DNA from: Amoebophrya sp. A120
Lineage: Eukaryota; Protista; Dinoflagellata
Reading direction: 5' to 3'
Assembly (NCBI GenBank): GCA_905178155.1
Contig: CAJINV010000003.1
Span: forward strand, 6,291,985-6,355,984
Length of the DNA: 64,000 nt
Below, piece by piece: positions 54,483 to 64,000 of the stretch; the stretch's first letter is position 1; the number at the start of each line of letters is the position of its first letter. The notes under the pieces are model-generated. The model was not told where the DNA came from. It ran no database searches and worked only from the letters and a program-made list of their open reading frames with translations. A program made the translations under genes and the position numbers.

Positions 54483-57400
54483 TTATTTCTTGTTCTGCTG
54501 CACTTTCCGAACCGCTTCCGCCAGATCGTGCAGCATGGTCTTGGTTTCCTCCAGGTCCACGCATTCATCCGTCACACTTTTGCCGTACTCGAAGGGACAG
54601 GCGTTCACTTTTTGGTTTCCGGCCACCAGGTTGCTCTCGATCATGACGCCCAGAATTTGGTAAGCAGGAGTAGAATTTTTCTGTTCATCAGCGCTAGAAG
54701 TACAACCCGCACTGGCGGACTCCGCCAGTTGTTCGCAGATGTTCTTCAACACTTTGGACTGGTTCTTGTAGTTCTTGTTGCTGTTGCCGTGCGATGCGTC
54801 GATGACAACCTTCTTCGGCAGCAGATCCGACGCCTTTTTGCTGAGCGTGATCACCTCCTCCACGAACTTCTTCTCGTAGTTTGGGCCGGTGGCCTTGCCC
54901 CCGCGCAGAACCACGTGCGCATCCGGGTTGCCAGGCGTCCGGATGATGCTGTACTTGGTCGGGCTGTTGCAGCTGTCGTCTTCGGAGGTGGAACCGGAGG
55001 TGGTATTATTGTTGTTATTCCCCGTCCTCGAGTGGGACAACGGCTGCTGCTGCGACAAGAACTTCTCGGTCTGCAACTGGGAAATCGCGGACAGGCCGAC
55101 CAGCTGGTAGTCCTTGCGTCCCGCCACCACCGCATCCACGGCCACCTGCACATCCCCGCTGGTGCCGTTCTTGAAGCCCATGGGACAGGGCAAATTTGAC
55201 ACCATCTCCCGGTGGATCTGCGACTCCGTGGTGCGCGCCCCGATGGCGCCCCAGGAGATCAGGTCGCACAGGTAGGGCGCCACCGTCGGGTCCAGGAACT
55301 CCGTCGCGCACGGCAGCTTGTACTTCGAGGCGATGTCGGCGAGCAGCTGGCGGCTCTGGCGCAGCCCCTTGGCGATGTCACAGCTGTTGTCCAGGTCGGG
55401 GTCATTCAAAAACCCCTTCCAACCGACCGTCGACCTTGGCTTCTCAAAGTACACCCGCATGATCAGCAGCAGTTCATTTTGGTACTTCAGCTGCTGCTGC
55501 GACAAAAACTGCGCGTACTCGTGCGCCACCTGTAAATCGTGGATGCTGCAGGGCCCGACGATGACGACGAGCCGCGGGTCGTTCACGTCGTGGAGAATAG
55601 CGCGGCACTGGGTCCGCGCGGCCTCGATCACGTTCTGCTTCACGTCCGCCGACACCCGGATCAGGTTGCACATCTCCAGCGGAGACGGCAACGTGCTGCT
55701 CGCCGCGACCCTTTTCTTCTTCTCTCCCGCAGGAACTACCGGCTGCCCGTCCTCCACCCGCGTTTTCTTGCTGGCGGCCTGCAGCTCCTCCGCCTTGTCC
55801 GAGCGGCCGCGTTTGTGCGACAGCGTTTCGACGTCCGACTTGTCGACGCCCGCCAGCAGGTTGATCGTGTTGTTGGAGGAGGAAGCCGTTGTCCCCGTCG
55901 TGCAGGACAAGAGCGGTTTCGGAACAGTAGTACAACCACCAGCACTGCCCGCCGCTCCGCCAAGCACGGCGCCCAGCACCAGACCGGGCTGCTGCGAGAA
56001 GATGTGCTGCTGGGCCGTATCAAATGTAAAAGTGTCTGGGTCTGGAAGAGTCATGCTGTTTCTGCATGACAAAGAAGGTCTGACATGGAAGCTCTAGCAT
56101 CACAGGTTTCGAGAAGCTTCCGCAATGCCGAACCCGCATGACAAATCCCCCATTTTGGTGACAGAAAGTGGGCAGCTTTTGCTACCTATGCATGAGAGAT
56201 TTTTGTGTGTTCTGAAATGCGCATCACAGGTTACATCCTTCCAGACCCAGACATTTTTGCATTTGATAGGCCGCGAGCGCGTGCAACGCCTGCGCGAGCA
56301 TGCGGTCGTACCGCAGCACCGCGTATCAAATGCGAAAATGTCTGGGTCTGGAAGAATACAAACTTGTGATGCGCATCTCCGAACACAGAAAAATCTCTCA
56401 TGTATAGGAAGCAAAAGTTGCCCACTTTCTCTCACCAAAATGGGGGATTTGTCATGCGGATTCGGCATTGCGGAAGCTTCTCGAAACCTGTGATGCTAAA
56501 GCTTCCATGCCAGACCTTTTGTGTCATGCAAAAACAGCATCACTCTTCCAGACCCAGACATTTTTACAATCCACACCGCGTCCGCCTCGATCTTGCCCTT
56601 GCTGTCGTCGGTGGCCACCTCGTACTCGTCGCTGCGGACGCCGCACACCTCCGCCACACCCTGGTCCAGCACGCGCGCAATCGCGTCTGCCGAGGTGCAC
56701 AAAAGCACCGGCACGGCGCGCGCGATCTTCCCGCACAACTCGGCGTCCAGCCCCTGCAGTTTCGCGCGGTGCACCGGCAGCTGCTGGTCCGCCTCGACGT
56801 CCCCGTCCGCGAGCAAGGCTTTGTCAGCCAGGTCCTCCCCGCGCTGCCACCGCTCGAACAAAAACTCCTGCAGCAACTTGGCGGCGTCCATCTGCACCTG
56901 CTGCACCACCATGTAGGCCGCCGGCACCAGGTTGATCTCCTGCGCCAGCACCTCGATTTTGCTCAGGTTGGCCACCTCCACCTCCGGCACGTAGCAAGAC
57001 TTGGTGGTCACAACCGTCGTGGCCTTGTTGGTTATTTTGCTCTGCACGAACTTGCACCGCGCAATCAGCTTGACAATGCGCAGGCGTTCGATGATCAGGT
57101 CGCAGACCACCTGGACCGCGGGGTCCACATTCGTGTCGCCCACCACACTTCCGATCGCGCTTCCGTTGCGCGAAAGCTTGCCGCTGACGTTGCTCGTCAG
57201 GCGGGGAATGCTGCTATCTTCCATTTGCGCGTCCTGGTCTTCATCGCCGGAAGCCCCCGGCTGTTCGTGCGACGTTGGGCCAAGCAACTTAGCCTGCGCA
57301 CACAGTTCCAGCTCCGCTTTCAAAATTTGCTTGCCCTCGGCGGACTGGTGGGCGGGAAACCCGGAGGAGCACTTTTGCGACGCCAAGGCGGCGCTCGCCA

Positions 57401-58175
57401 TCTCCTGGATCAAACGACTCGTCAGCAGAATCTCGTCCTTCCCGAGCTTCTTTTTACCCTTCTTCTTCACGAGCAGAAAGCGGACGGCGTTCTCCTTCCC
57501 AAAACCCTTCTCCGCACAACTCGCCTCCCCAACTACATTTTCTTCCGCCCGGGCGGAGTGCGCCTTGTGGCAGTCGTGCTGGAGGACTTTCAACCCGTAA
57601 ATCTCGGCAGCACGAGTGCCGGCAATCGCCCCCGCGGTGGCGTCGTGCTCCTCGGAGATCCGCATGGCCGCTGCGGCGGTCGTCCAGGTGGCTTCCTGGA
57701 GCACGGGTTTCGCCCGCTTCGCACCAACATCTTCAGCCCCCTCGCCGCTCAGGGACTCCAGAAAGTCGCGGCAGTGCTCCAGCGCGTGGGCGTGCGACCG
57801 GATGATGCGGAGCTCCTTGGCGCTCGTGTTGCCCTCCTTGAAGAAATCCGGATGGACAAGCAAGTGGTGCTGCACCGGAAGCACCAGCGACACGGGAATC
57901 AGGACCAGCTTGTCGCAGTGCACCCGGACCACGGCTTCGCAGTTCTTGTGGGCGCCACCGCGGGTGGAGGCGATGGGAATCAGGGCGTAGTCGATGCTGC
58001 CCGTGCGCCCGCTGCCCCGCAGCAGCTTCTCAAACAAGTCGGCGTAGCCTGCGGGCGCGGACTCCGGCACCACGGCATCCTCAAACAGCTCCAGAATTGC
58101 GTCCTCCGTCGCCGAGCCCGGACAGCCCATGTAGCCCACGCGCACCTGCGCGCCGGAAGGGATCACAGCGTCCAT
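54483..58175 (-). CDS. Fusion: prephenate dehydratase-like + AroQ chorismate mutase-like + class I-alpha DAHP synthase, 3 exons
   Basis: PDT: VGYMGCPGSATE, DYALIPI, SHAHALEHCRDFL, AAEIYGLKVL, NAVRF. CM: LIIERLRIVKLIARCK, QMDAAKLLQ..W, HRAKLQGLD. DAHP: GPCSIHD, RVYFEKPRSTVGWKG, IGARTTESQIHR, GFKNG, DASHGNS, GVMIES. Joined in frame via micro-exon 56323-56269. Confidence 0.85.
56018..56268. mobile_element. Introner family A
   Basis: tatcaaatgtaaaagtgtctgggtctggaag / cttccagacccagacatttttgcatttgata; perfect ggccg flanks. Confidence 0.92.
56324..56575. mobile_element. Introner family A, inverted close copy of 56018-56268
   Basis: Same TIRs; perfect ccgcg flanks; interior aligns end to end with the neighbour in reverse orientation. 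Confidence 0.92.
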
Positions 58176-59348
58176 GTTGGAAGTAAGAGGAACAAGCGAG
58201 AGAGAAATTTCTGTCTTGTTATCCGGGAGGGAGGAAAAGTGCGAAGACGAACCCTTCTTTTGTTTTTGTATCTACTTCCTTGCGGTTTACTGAGCTCAGT
58301 GCTTCTTCACCAGCTCTGTTCTTGATAGCTTCATCCAAAACCTATGTTGTTCAGTTTTATCTTTTTTCGTTGGCTGTCGCTACTGAGAACTTATGAAGCA
58401 TTGCGTACGCGAAAAATGAGTTATTTGTGTGCAGAAAACCGACAAAGTGTGCAGCAAACAAAAAGTAGGGACACATCTCTTCCGAGCCACTTCTTTGCGA
58501 CCGAGTCTCATTCGGAAGGGAGGAGGAGGAAAGGAGGGAAGTGCAATTCTCTGTAGGAGCGGATCTGTCTCTGAAGAAATTTTTCAATCGTGGATCTAGT
58601 CTGTATTGCATTCTTATTCGTGTGCTACGGGATGCAAGAAAGGAACAAAAAACACCCACCAGTGAAACAAAACAGACTGCACAGTGATGCATGCAACTCG
58701 AAGGAAAGGTTCGCGAGATGTGAAAAAAACAGCGTGAATGGGCCTCGGAGTTGGTGAGGCACGGTTTTGGCTGCGTCTGAACATGAGCGTAGACCTACAT
58801 CTGAAGGACATCACTCTCGTTGTTTGTTTGCCATGTGGTTTTGCATGATTTAGTTTTACGTGACCGCTTTAGCACGTAGTGGCACTCGCTTGCTTGTGGC
58901 ACTGCGCGCAAGTCTTTTTTCAGTACGCAGTGCACACGGGCGCTTGACCGTGTGTTGCAATCGAGCCGAAAAGCCCGCAAAGATTCTTCTCCGTAGTTGT
59001 CCCTTTTCGGCTTTGCTGCAACACAACTACCTAAAAAAAGTAGTAGATGTGATACAATTACAACAAAAACAAGCGAAAATAACACAAGTAGTATAGATAC
59101 TTTTCTTGTTGTTTTTACTGGCAGATTGAATATTCACATGCACTGAGTCACAGCAGCTTGACGCGCTAGATTCCCCGAGTCATATCAATCAACGCTCTTT
59201 CGGGCCTGTCTGAGATTGCCACACATCAGCAGGTCAATCACACTGACTAGGAATGCCAATCACGCTAGGTCGCCAAAAAAGCAGAAGAGTAGCAAATAGA
59301 TACTATCGCCGGGCCCGGACAAATCGGAGAGCGAGAGCTGCAGGACTG

Positions 59349-61341
59349 CTAAAATTCGATTTTGTACACTGCCGGGGAACGACAATTGGACACCGCAGGA
59401 TAGATGACGCTGGGTAGATCGGTGAAAAGCCGGTCGTACCGGATCTCGTCGATTTTGACGTGACACACCCGCTCTTCCATGTCCAAAACAAAGCCCACTT
59501 TGCTTCCGTCGCCAAACGCGATCACCTTCTCGCTCGCGATCGCATGTTTCTGTACGTGAAGCGTGCCGTTCGCCGCAATACCTGCAAATCAAGAGGGTTG
59601 TGCTTGAAGATGTTGATAGCGTTTCCTCTCTGTATCCGGAGGCTCTCCTCTGGTTGTGCAAAACACTTTTTTAGACTAGTCAAAACCTTATGACAAAACT
59701 AGCTTGCTTGCATGCCCTTCGCTGACAAAGAGGAAGACAACGGCCGCGTTCTTACTATACGTTGGACACAGACAACTTTGATCTCTGGAGATGAATGAAC
59801 AAAAACAACCCTTTGCTCGCGTCTTATGGCGCACGAGTTACTGTCTGACATATACAGCTACTGAATCCTGAGAGTAAGTCCTTTGCAAAAGCTTGTGAGA
59901 GCTTAGGCACTACAACAAGACCAAAAACCGCCCGTTTTGGCGGTGAACGACCAAGCGTAGGGAGTCACACAGTGTGAGTGAATTCGAGAAACTCACACAG
60001 TGTGAGTGAATGAACAAAAACAATCTTATTGTGCTACAAGTACTTACCCCAACTGCCCTGCGCTTTTCCAAGGGGGCACTGGAAGTGATTCCACGCATCG
60101 TCCACGAAGCCGAGGTAACTGTAGTCGGACGCCTTAAGCACCGTAACTTGCCATGCGTGCGTGCCTTTGTTGAAGCCCCGCGTCGCGCGAATGGCGGCGG
60201 CGTTGCCGATCTGCCGCGTGTCTGGGATCTGGCAAATCTGGCCGTCGTCCCCGAGCACGATGCTCGGGTGCGCGTAGCGTCGCGACCACCCGGGCACACT
60301 CTTCTTGGGGACCACTTGCTGCTCTTGGGGTATCACATTGAAAACAGCCCCTGCCCGACAACTTCCAGTCGGGATGTCAGGCTGCACTGCAATTACAGAT
60401 AGATACGTGCTTCGTTCATGCAAGGATAAGGATCGTTGCTCCTGCAGCTGTAACCCGATCTTCTAGAAGAATGGTGGAGCTTTTCTCAACGGGATACGCG
60501 AGGAGGACGGCTGGTCCTCGGTATCCATGCGCGCGGGAACCGTCGCGCTGCCAACGCTAGCTCTGCCGTATGGTGCGGGCTGCAGCTGCTCCTGGGGGAG
60601 GGAGGCTTGGCTGCCCACCAGCGTGCGATCTTCGCCCCCGGTTGTGGTTCCGTCCGTGCCGTGCCCAGCGGAATTTTCCGAATTTTTGGACTGCGAGACC
60701 CCTCTCGGCCGGCGGTCGTCCGCCACAGGGATGTCCCGCATGAATTGGTCCTGCTGCTGCTGCTGCGGTGCACTGGGACTTGCAGCTGCGCCGGGGTTCA
60801 TCTTCACGGGCACCTGGTCCTTCAAACCGAGGTACGACAGCAGATTCTCGAAGTGCTCCTTCTTGTCCACCGCGACGAGCGGAACCGCGGCAGGGCGCTC
60901 CGGTGTTTCAATCTTTTTGTCGCGGAGGTAGGTCAAAATCAAGTGGAAGCTCGCCGGGTCGAAGTCAAGGAAATAGTTGTTATGCTGGTCCCGTTCGATG
61001 GAGGACTCCCACCGCCCGGAGAACAGGTTTGCCAGGTAGCTCTGCGGGAACACCTGGGTCAGCGTGCTGCGCTTCATCGTGAAAATTTCACCGCCCGCGT
61101 TAATGGAAATCACGTCGTTCTCCCGTATGTTGCTCGCTGTCATGATCCGCTTCTCTTCCGCGAGGGCATTTTCGCGCGCTTGCAGGTCGCGGTACCGCTC
61201 TTCGAAATCGCGCTCCAGCACGGCCCGCTGCTCGCTAATTTCCCGGTAAAGCGCGTCTTCCTGTGCCTTGATATTCTTCTTCGCCTGCTCAAGCTCGAGG
61301 TAAAGCTCGGCGGAAAGCTGCGAAAACCGCTCGCCCGACAT
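59349..61341 (-). CDS. Coiled-coil + BTB/POZ (KCTD-type) + SPRY-like domain protein, 3 exons
   Basis: ISINAGGEIFTMKRSTLT...SYLANLFSGRWE...YFLDFDPASFHLILTYLR; GTHAWQVTV, VGFVLDMEE, IYPAVS; phase-matched GT-AG introns. Confidence 0.85.
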
Positions 61342-61649
61342 TATTTGTGGCTTATTTATATTTGCCTAGTACCACTTCAGAAGGGCCGTCAAACGTGTCT
61401 GCAGTCTAGTTAGGCAAAATCTAAATCGTCGATCTACATCCTTGCGATGGTAAATACAACACGCCTTGCGATCCCCCTGGATATTATGGGGCACAATTCA
61501 AAGAAGTAACCTCGTCGCGACGTCATCGAGCAGAGTTCAGAACATTCCGACCGTCGCCCAGGATAAGCGCAACAAATTGCAGGCGCTGTTTGCCCGGTCG
61601 CAGGGACATGGTGTTTGCACGGTTAGATCGAGGCTAGACCCAATTTACA

Positions 61650-63310
61650 AACGGGCACTGTATCAATTGGCGTCGCCGCCGCGACCTGCCGTCCCGAAGC
61701 GGGGGAGGCCGCGCACTGGGCCCGCGGAGCCCCGGCCAGATGGGAAAGCGGGCGCGGGGAAGGCGAGCCCCGCCGGCGCCCCCTGGGGCCCTTGCCGGCG
61801 GCAGGGGCGGCAGGCGACCCCGGGCGCCGGCAAGGATCCGCGCGACGGGCTAAGGGGCGGCGAGAAACAGGGCCGGCGCGCCCGCCAAAGTTTGCGGGAA
61901 ATGCGCGCCGTGACTACTGCGGCGAAGCGCATGCCATCGGCGGAGACTAAGCGCGGCAGCAGGCTCAGCCGGCCCTGCCTGCTTAATAGGGCGCAGCGTG
62001 CCCCGTGCGTGCGCATATTGGTGCTCTAACTGCTCCAACGCCACTCATGGCGCGGGGGAATTACACGCGCGCAGCTTGCTTCGCCGCGTCGCAGCCTCTC
62101 CTCTACAGGAGTAGAGGAGTCGAGCGCCGAACGCTGCGCGTATGCGTCTCATTCCATTGAAAGACGAATCGCGTAGGTGGTCTACCTTCAGTGCGCCGGC
62201 GGCCGCCGCTCGGTTGCGAAGCGCGGCCTTCGCTCCGGCAGATCGGCCAGCCGCCCCATCGCGTTCCACCTACTACCCGGCCAAGCGGCGCAAGTCGACG
62301 CAGCGGCGCCGGCCGCCTAACCGTAGCGCCAGCACCTTTGCAAAGCCAAACCCTAAAAGGGCCAGACTTGCGCGAACCGGCGCAGGTGGTGGCCGTCTCG
62401 TCTTGTCCGATTTGTTTTGCTTGGCTGGCGTCCGCCGCGAGGTATACGAAAAACCGCCAGCCCCCGAACCCCCCGGCCTCTGTGAAGTGTATGCAACTTT
62501 CCGCAACAACATTCCGCACCACGCACAACGCGCATCGCGCGGACTCCTGGCGGCTTGGCCAGCCCTTCCCCCCCGGGGCAAGCCTGAAAGCCGGGGAAAC
62601 TGGGGCCGCCCCCGCCCGGGCACCGTTTCCGACGTGTAGAAGGTTACCAAGAACGGAAGCGCCCCCGCGTCCGACTGCAATGGCCAAAGCACGAAGCCCA
62701 GCTCCCAGCACACCTCCGGAACCACCGAGCGCCGAAGAACGACCGGCCCGGCCGAACACGCCCGCCGAGACCGCGCTCGGCGGGTAGCCCGGGCTTGGCA
62801 GTATTGGGCCCGCCCGGCGCCGTGCCGCCGTATCTGGCTTGGCGCACCCACACGGGGGCCGCGTCCCGATCGCGCGGCGGCATAAACTTCCAACAACCCC
62901 CATGCGCCCGAAGCTGTCCGCCATCGTCTGCCGCGCCAGGGCCCGGCTTATTATGTTTTTTAGACGCCCGGGCCGGCTGCGCGGACCAAAAAAGGCAGCC
63001 GCCCCGGCTGCGCGGACAGGACAGAGAAGCCGCGCACGCCTTCCCCCCCTGCGCCGCGATTACGGCAGTCCAGCAGTCGCCGCTGAAGCAGATACCCTCC
63101 TCGCCAGAGTGGTGAACTTGATGCAACTTGGGCGCCAAAGCTTTGCCGTCCACAGCGGTCGCTGGCTTCCGCACCACTTTGGCCATTCGCGTGCGCTTAG
63201 GTAAACGCACACGCAACGCCTGCGCGCCATGGATTTCTCCGCTCTTGCGGCGATAGGCGCCGGCCTGGCAGCCGCGGCCACGATCACGCCGGCCCTCGCC
63301 ATTAATGCTG
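61650..63310 (+). mobile_element. Highly decayed, GC-rich Ty3/Gypsy-like pol remnant (tentative)
   Basis: IPLKDESRRWSTF resembles the RT QIPL..ESR..TAF motif; RDY...EADTLLA...LGRQSFAVHS resembles RNase H; abrupt GC rise; no LTRs seen. Confidence 0.35.
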
Positions 63311-63653
63311 GTGAGTGAGGCGCAAAAGCTGAGAAAAAGACGTCGAAAAGTTGCCACAAAGTGACTCACAGTGATCACAAGCGCGATGCTTTTATGTGAG
63401 GAGAACCGCTGAAAGCCCACGACGAGCGCATATCGAGCTACCGTCAATGCGGGCCAGTATCTGAGTATCTGTCAACTCTTGTTAGGTCTGGTCTGCTTTT
63501 TCACTTCGCAAGCATGCTGTGGCTGACACGCTACGCAAAAATTTGCTGTCGGCGACAAAGCCCAGCCGGATAAAAATGCAGCGCAAAACCACAATCATGG
63601 ATAGTGTGGCGACATGAAAGTGGCACTACAAAGAACAATGTCCTCATCATCAC

Positions 63654-64000
63654 TCACTGTCGTGTTTCGTGTGCTACTACCGTAGTGCTAGCCGTCGCAA
63701 GCAGTGGCGTAACCTGCGAAAGCAAACTGCTCAATCCGTCTCTGCCGGGTCCCAAAAACTTTAAGGCGCACTGCAGTTTCTCTTCGATGACGCGCGGACT
63801 CGCGGTCACTACCTGACCGCCCCTGTGTTTCTCCCCAGCTCCGGACAGTTCTAAAACGGATTGGCGGAAGACCGCAAGTACCTGCCCGTACTCTGGATTT
63901 TCGTTTTGCAGACCGGCGAAGAGCTCCGGTTGCATACCGCAGTTTCGGCCGACCGAAAGCATCTGTGCCCGGAAAACCGGCGTCGCAAACTGGTACATTT
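63654..64000 (-). CDS. Possible exon of a gene extending beyond the window
   Basis: Open minus-strand frame to the window edge, same orientation as all genes; no recognisable motif. Confidence 0.3.
   Translation of the reverse strand, partial: MYQFATPVFRAQMLSVGRNCGMQPELFAGLQNENPEYGQVLAVFRQSVLELSGAGEKHRGGQVVTASPRVIEEKLQCALKFLGPGRDGLSSLLSQVTPLLATASTTVVAHETRQ

Noticed and set aside
56100-56493. Near-identical 122-aa ORFs on opposite strands
   Set aside because: Artefact of two inverted introner copies; not genes
46872-56575. Recurring AAATGTCTGGGTCTGGAAG motif as a possible CRISPR repeat
   Set aside because: Occurs as dispersed inverted pairs about 250 bp apart in a eukaryotic context; these are TIRs, and there is no spacer array or cas gene
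56400-58325. 641-aa plus-strand ORF, and similar antisense ORFs over other GC-rich exons
   Set aside because: Shadow of the GC3-rich minus-strand CDS; no motifs of its own
59964-60011. Duplicated tcacacagtgtgagtgaat mini-hairpin in an intron
   Set aside because: Short local duplication with no other copies or flanking repeats

Overview
Compact eukaryotic (alveolate-like) DNA. About 15 spliced genes all lie on the minus strand: RPL22, ARF, a secreted adenosine-deaminase-like protein, a TM+SAM protein, an HPR-like helical-repeat protein, a HIT hydrolase, RPS30, a coiled-coil protein, an NDR-like kinase, a type II citrate synthase, an NCX exchanger, a TMEM53/DUF829 protein, a PDT-CM-DAHP synthase fusion and a BTB-SPRY protein. 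Besides ordinary GT-AG introns, 13 introns are MITE-like 'introner' elements from at least 4 sequence families. They have terminal inverted repeats (TIRs), a shared end consensus TATC-N6-AAAAA and 5-bp direct repeats, and removing the element plus one repeat restores the host reading frame each time. This architecture resembles the parasitic dinoflagellate Amoebophrya (inference; no database used). The most striking structure is at 27648-31364. There an introner has itself been hit, at a specific 15-bp site that is duplicated, by a decayed RT-like element. That element carries a piece of a previous introner host cut at the same site plus about 790 nt of foreign exon, suggesting an introner-targeting site-specific retroelement that transduces exons. 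Second, splicing out two inverted introners joins prephenate dehydratase, chorismate mutase and DAHP synthase domains into one ORF. All gene models were assembled by eye and exon edges are approximate.
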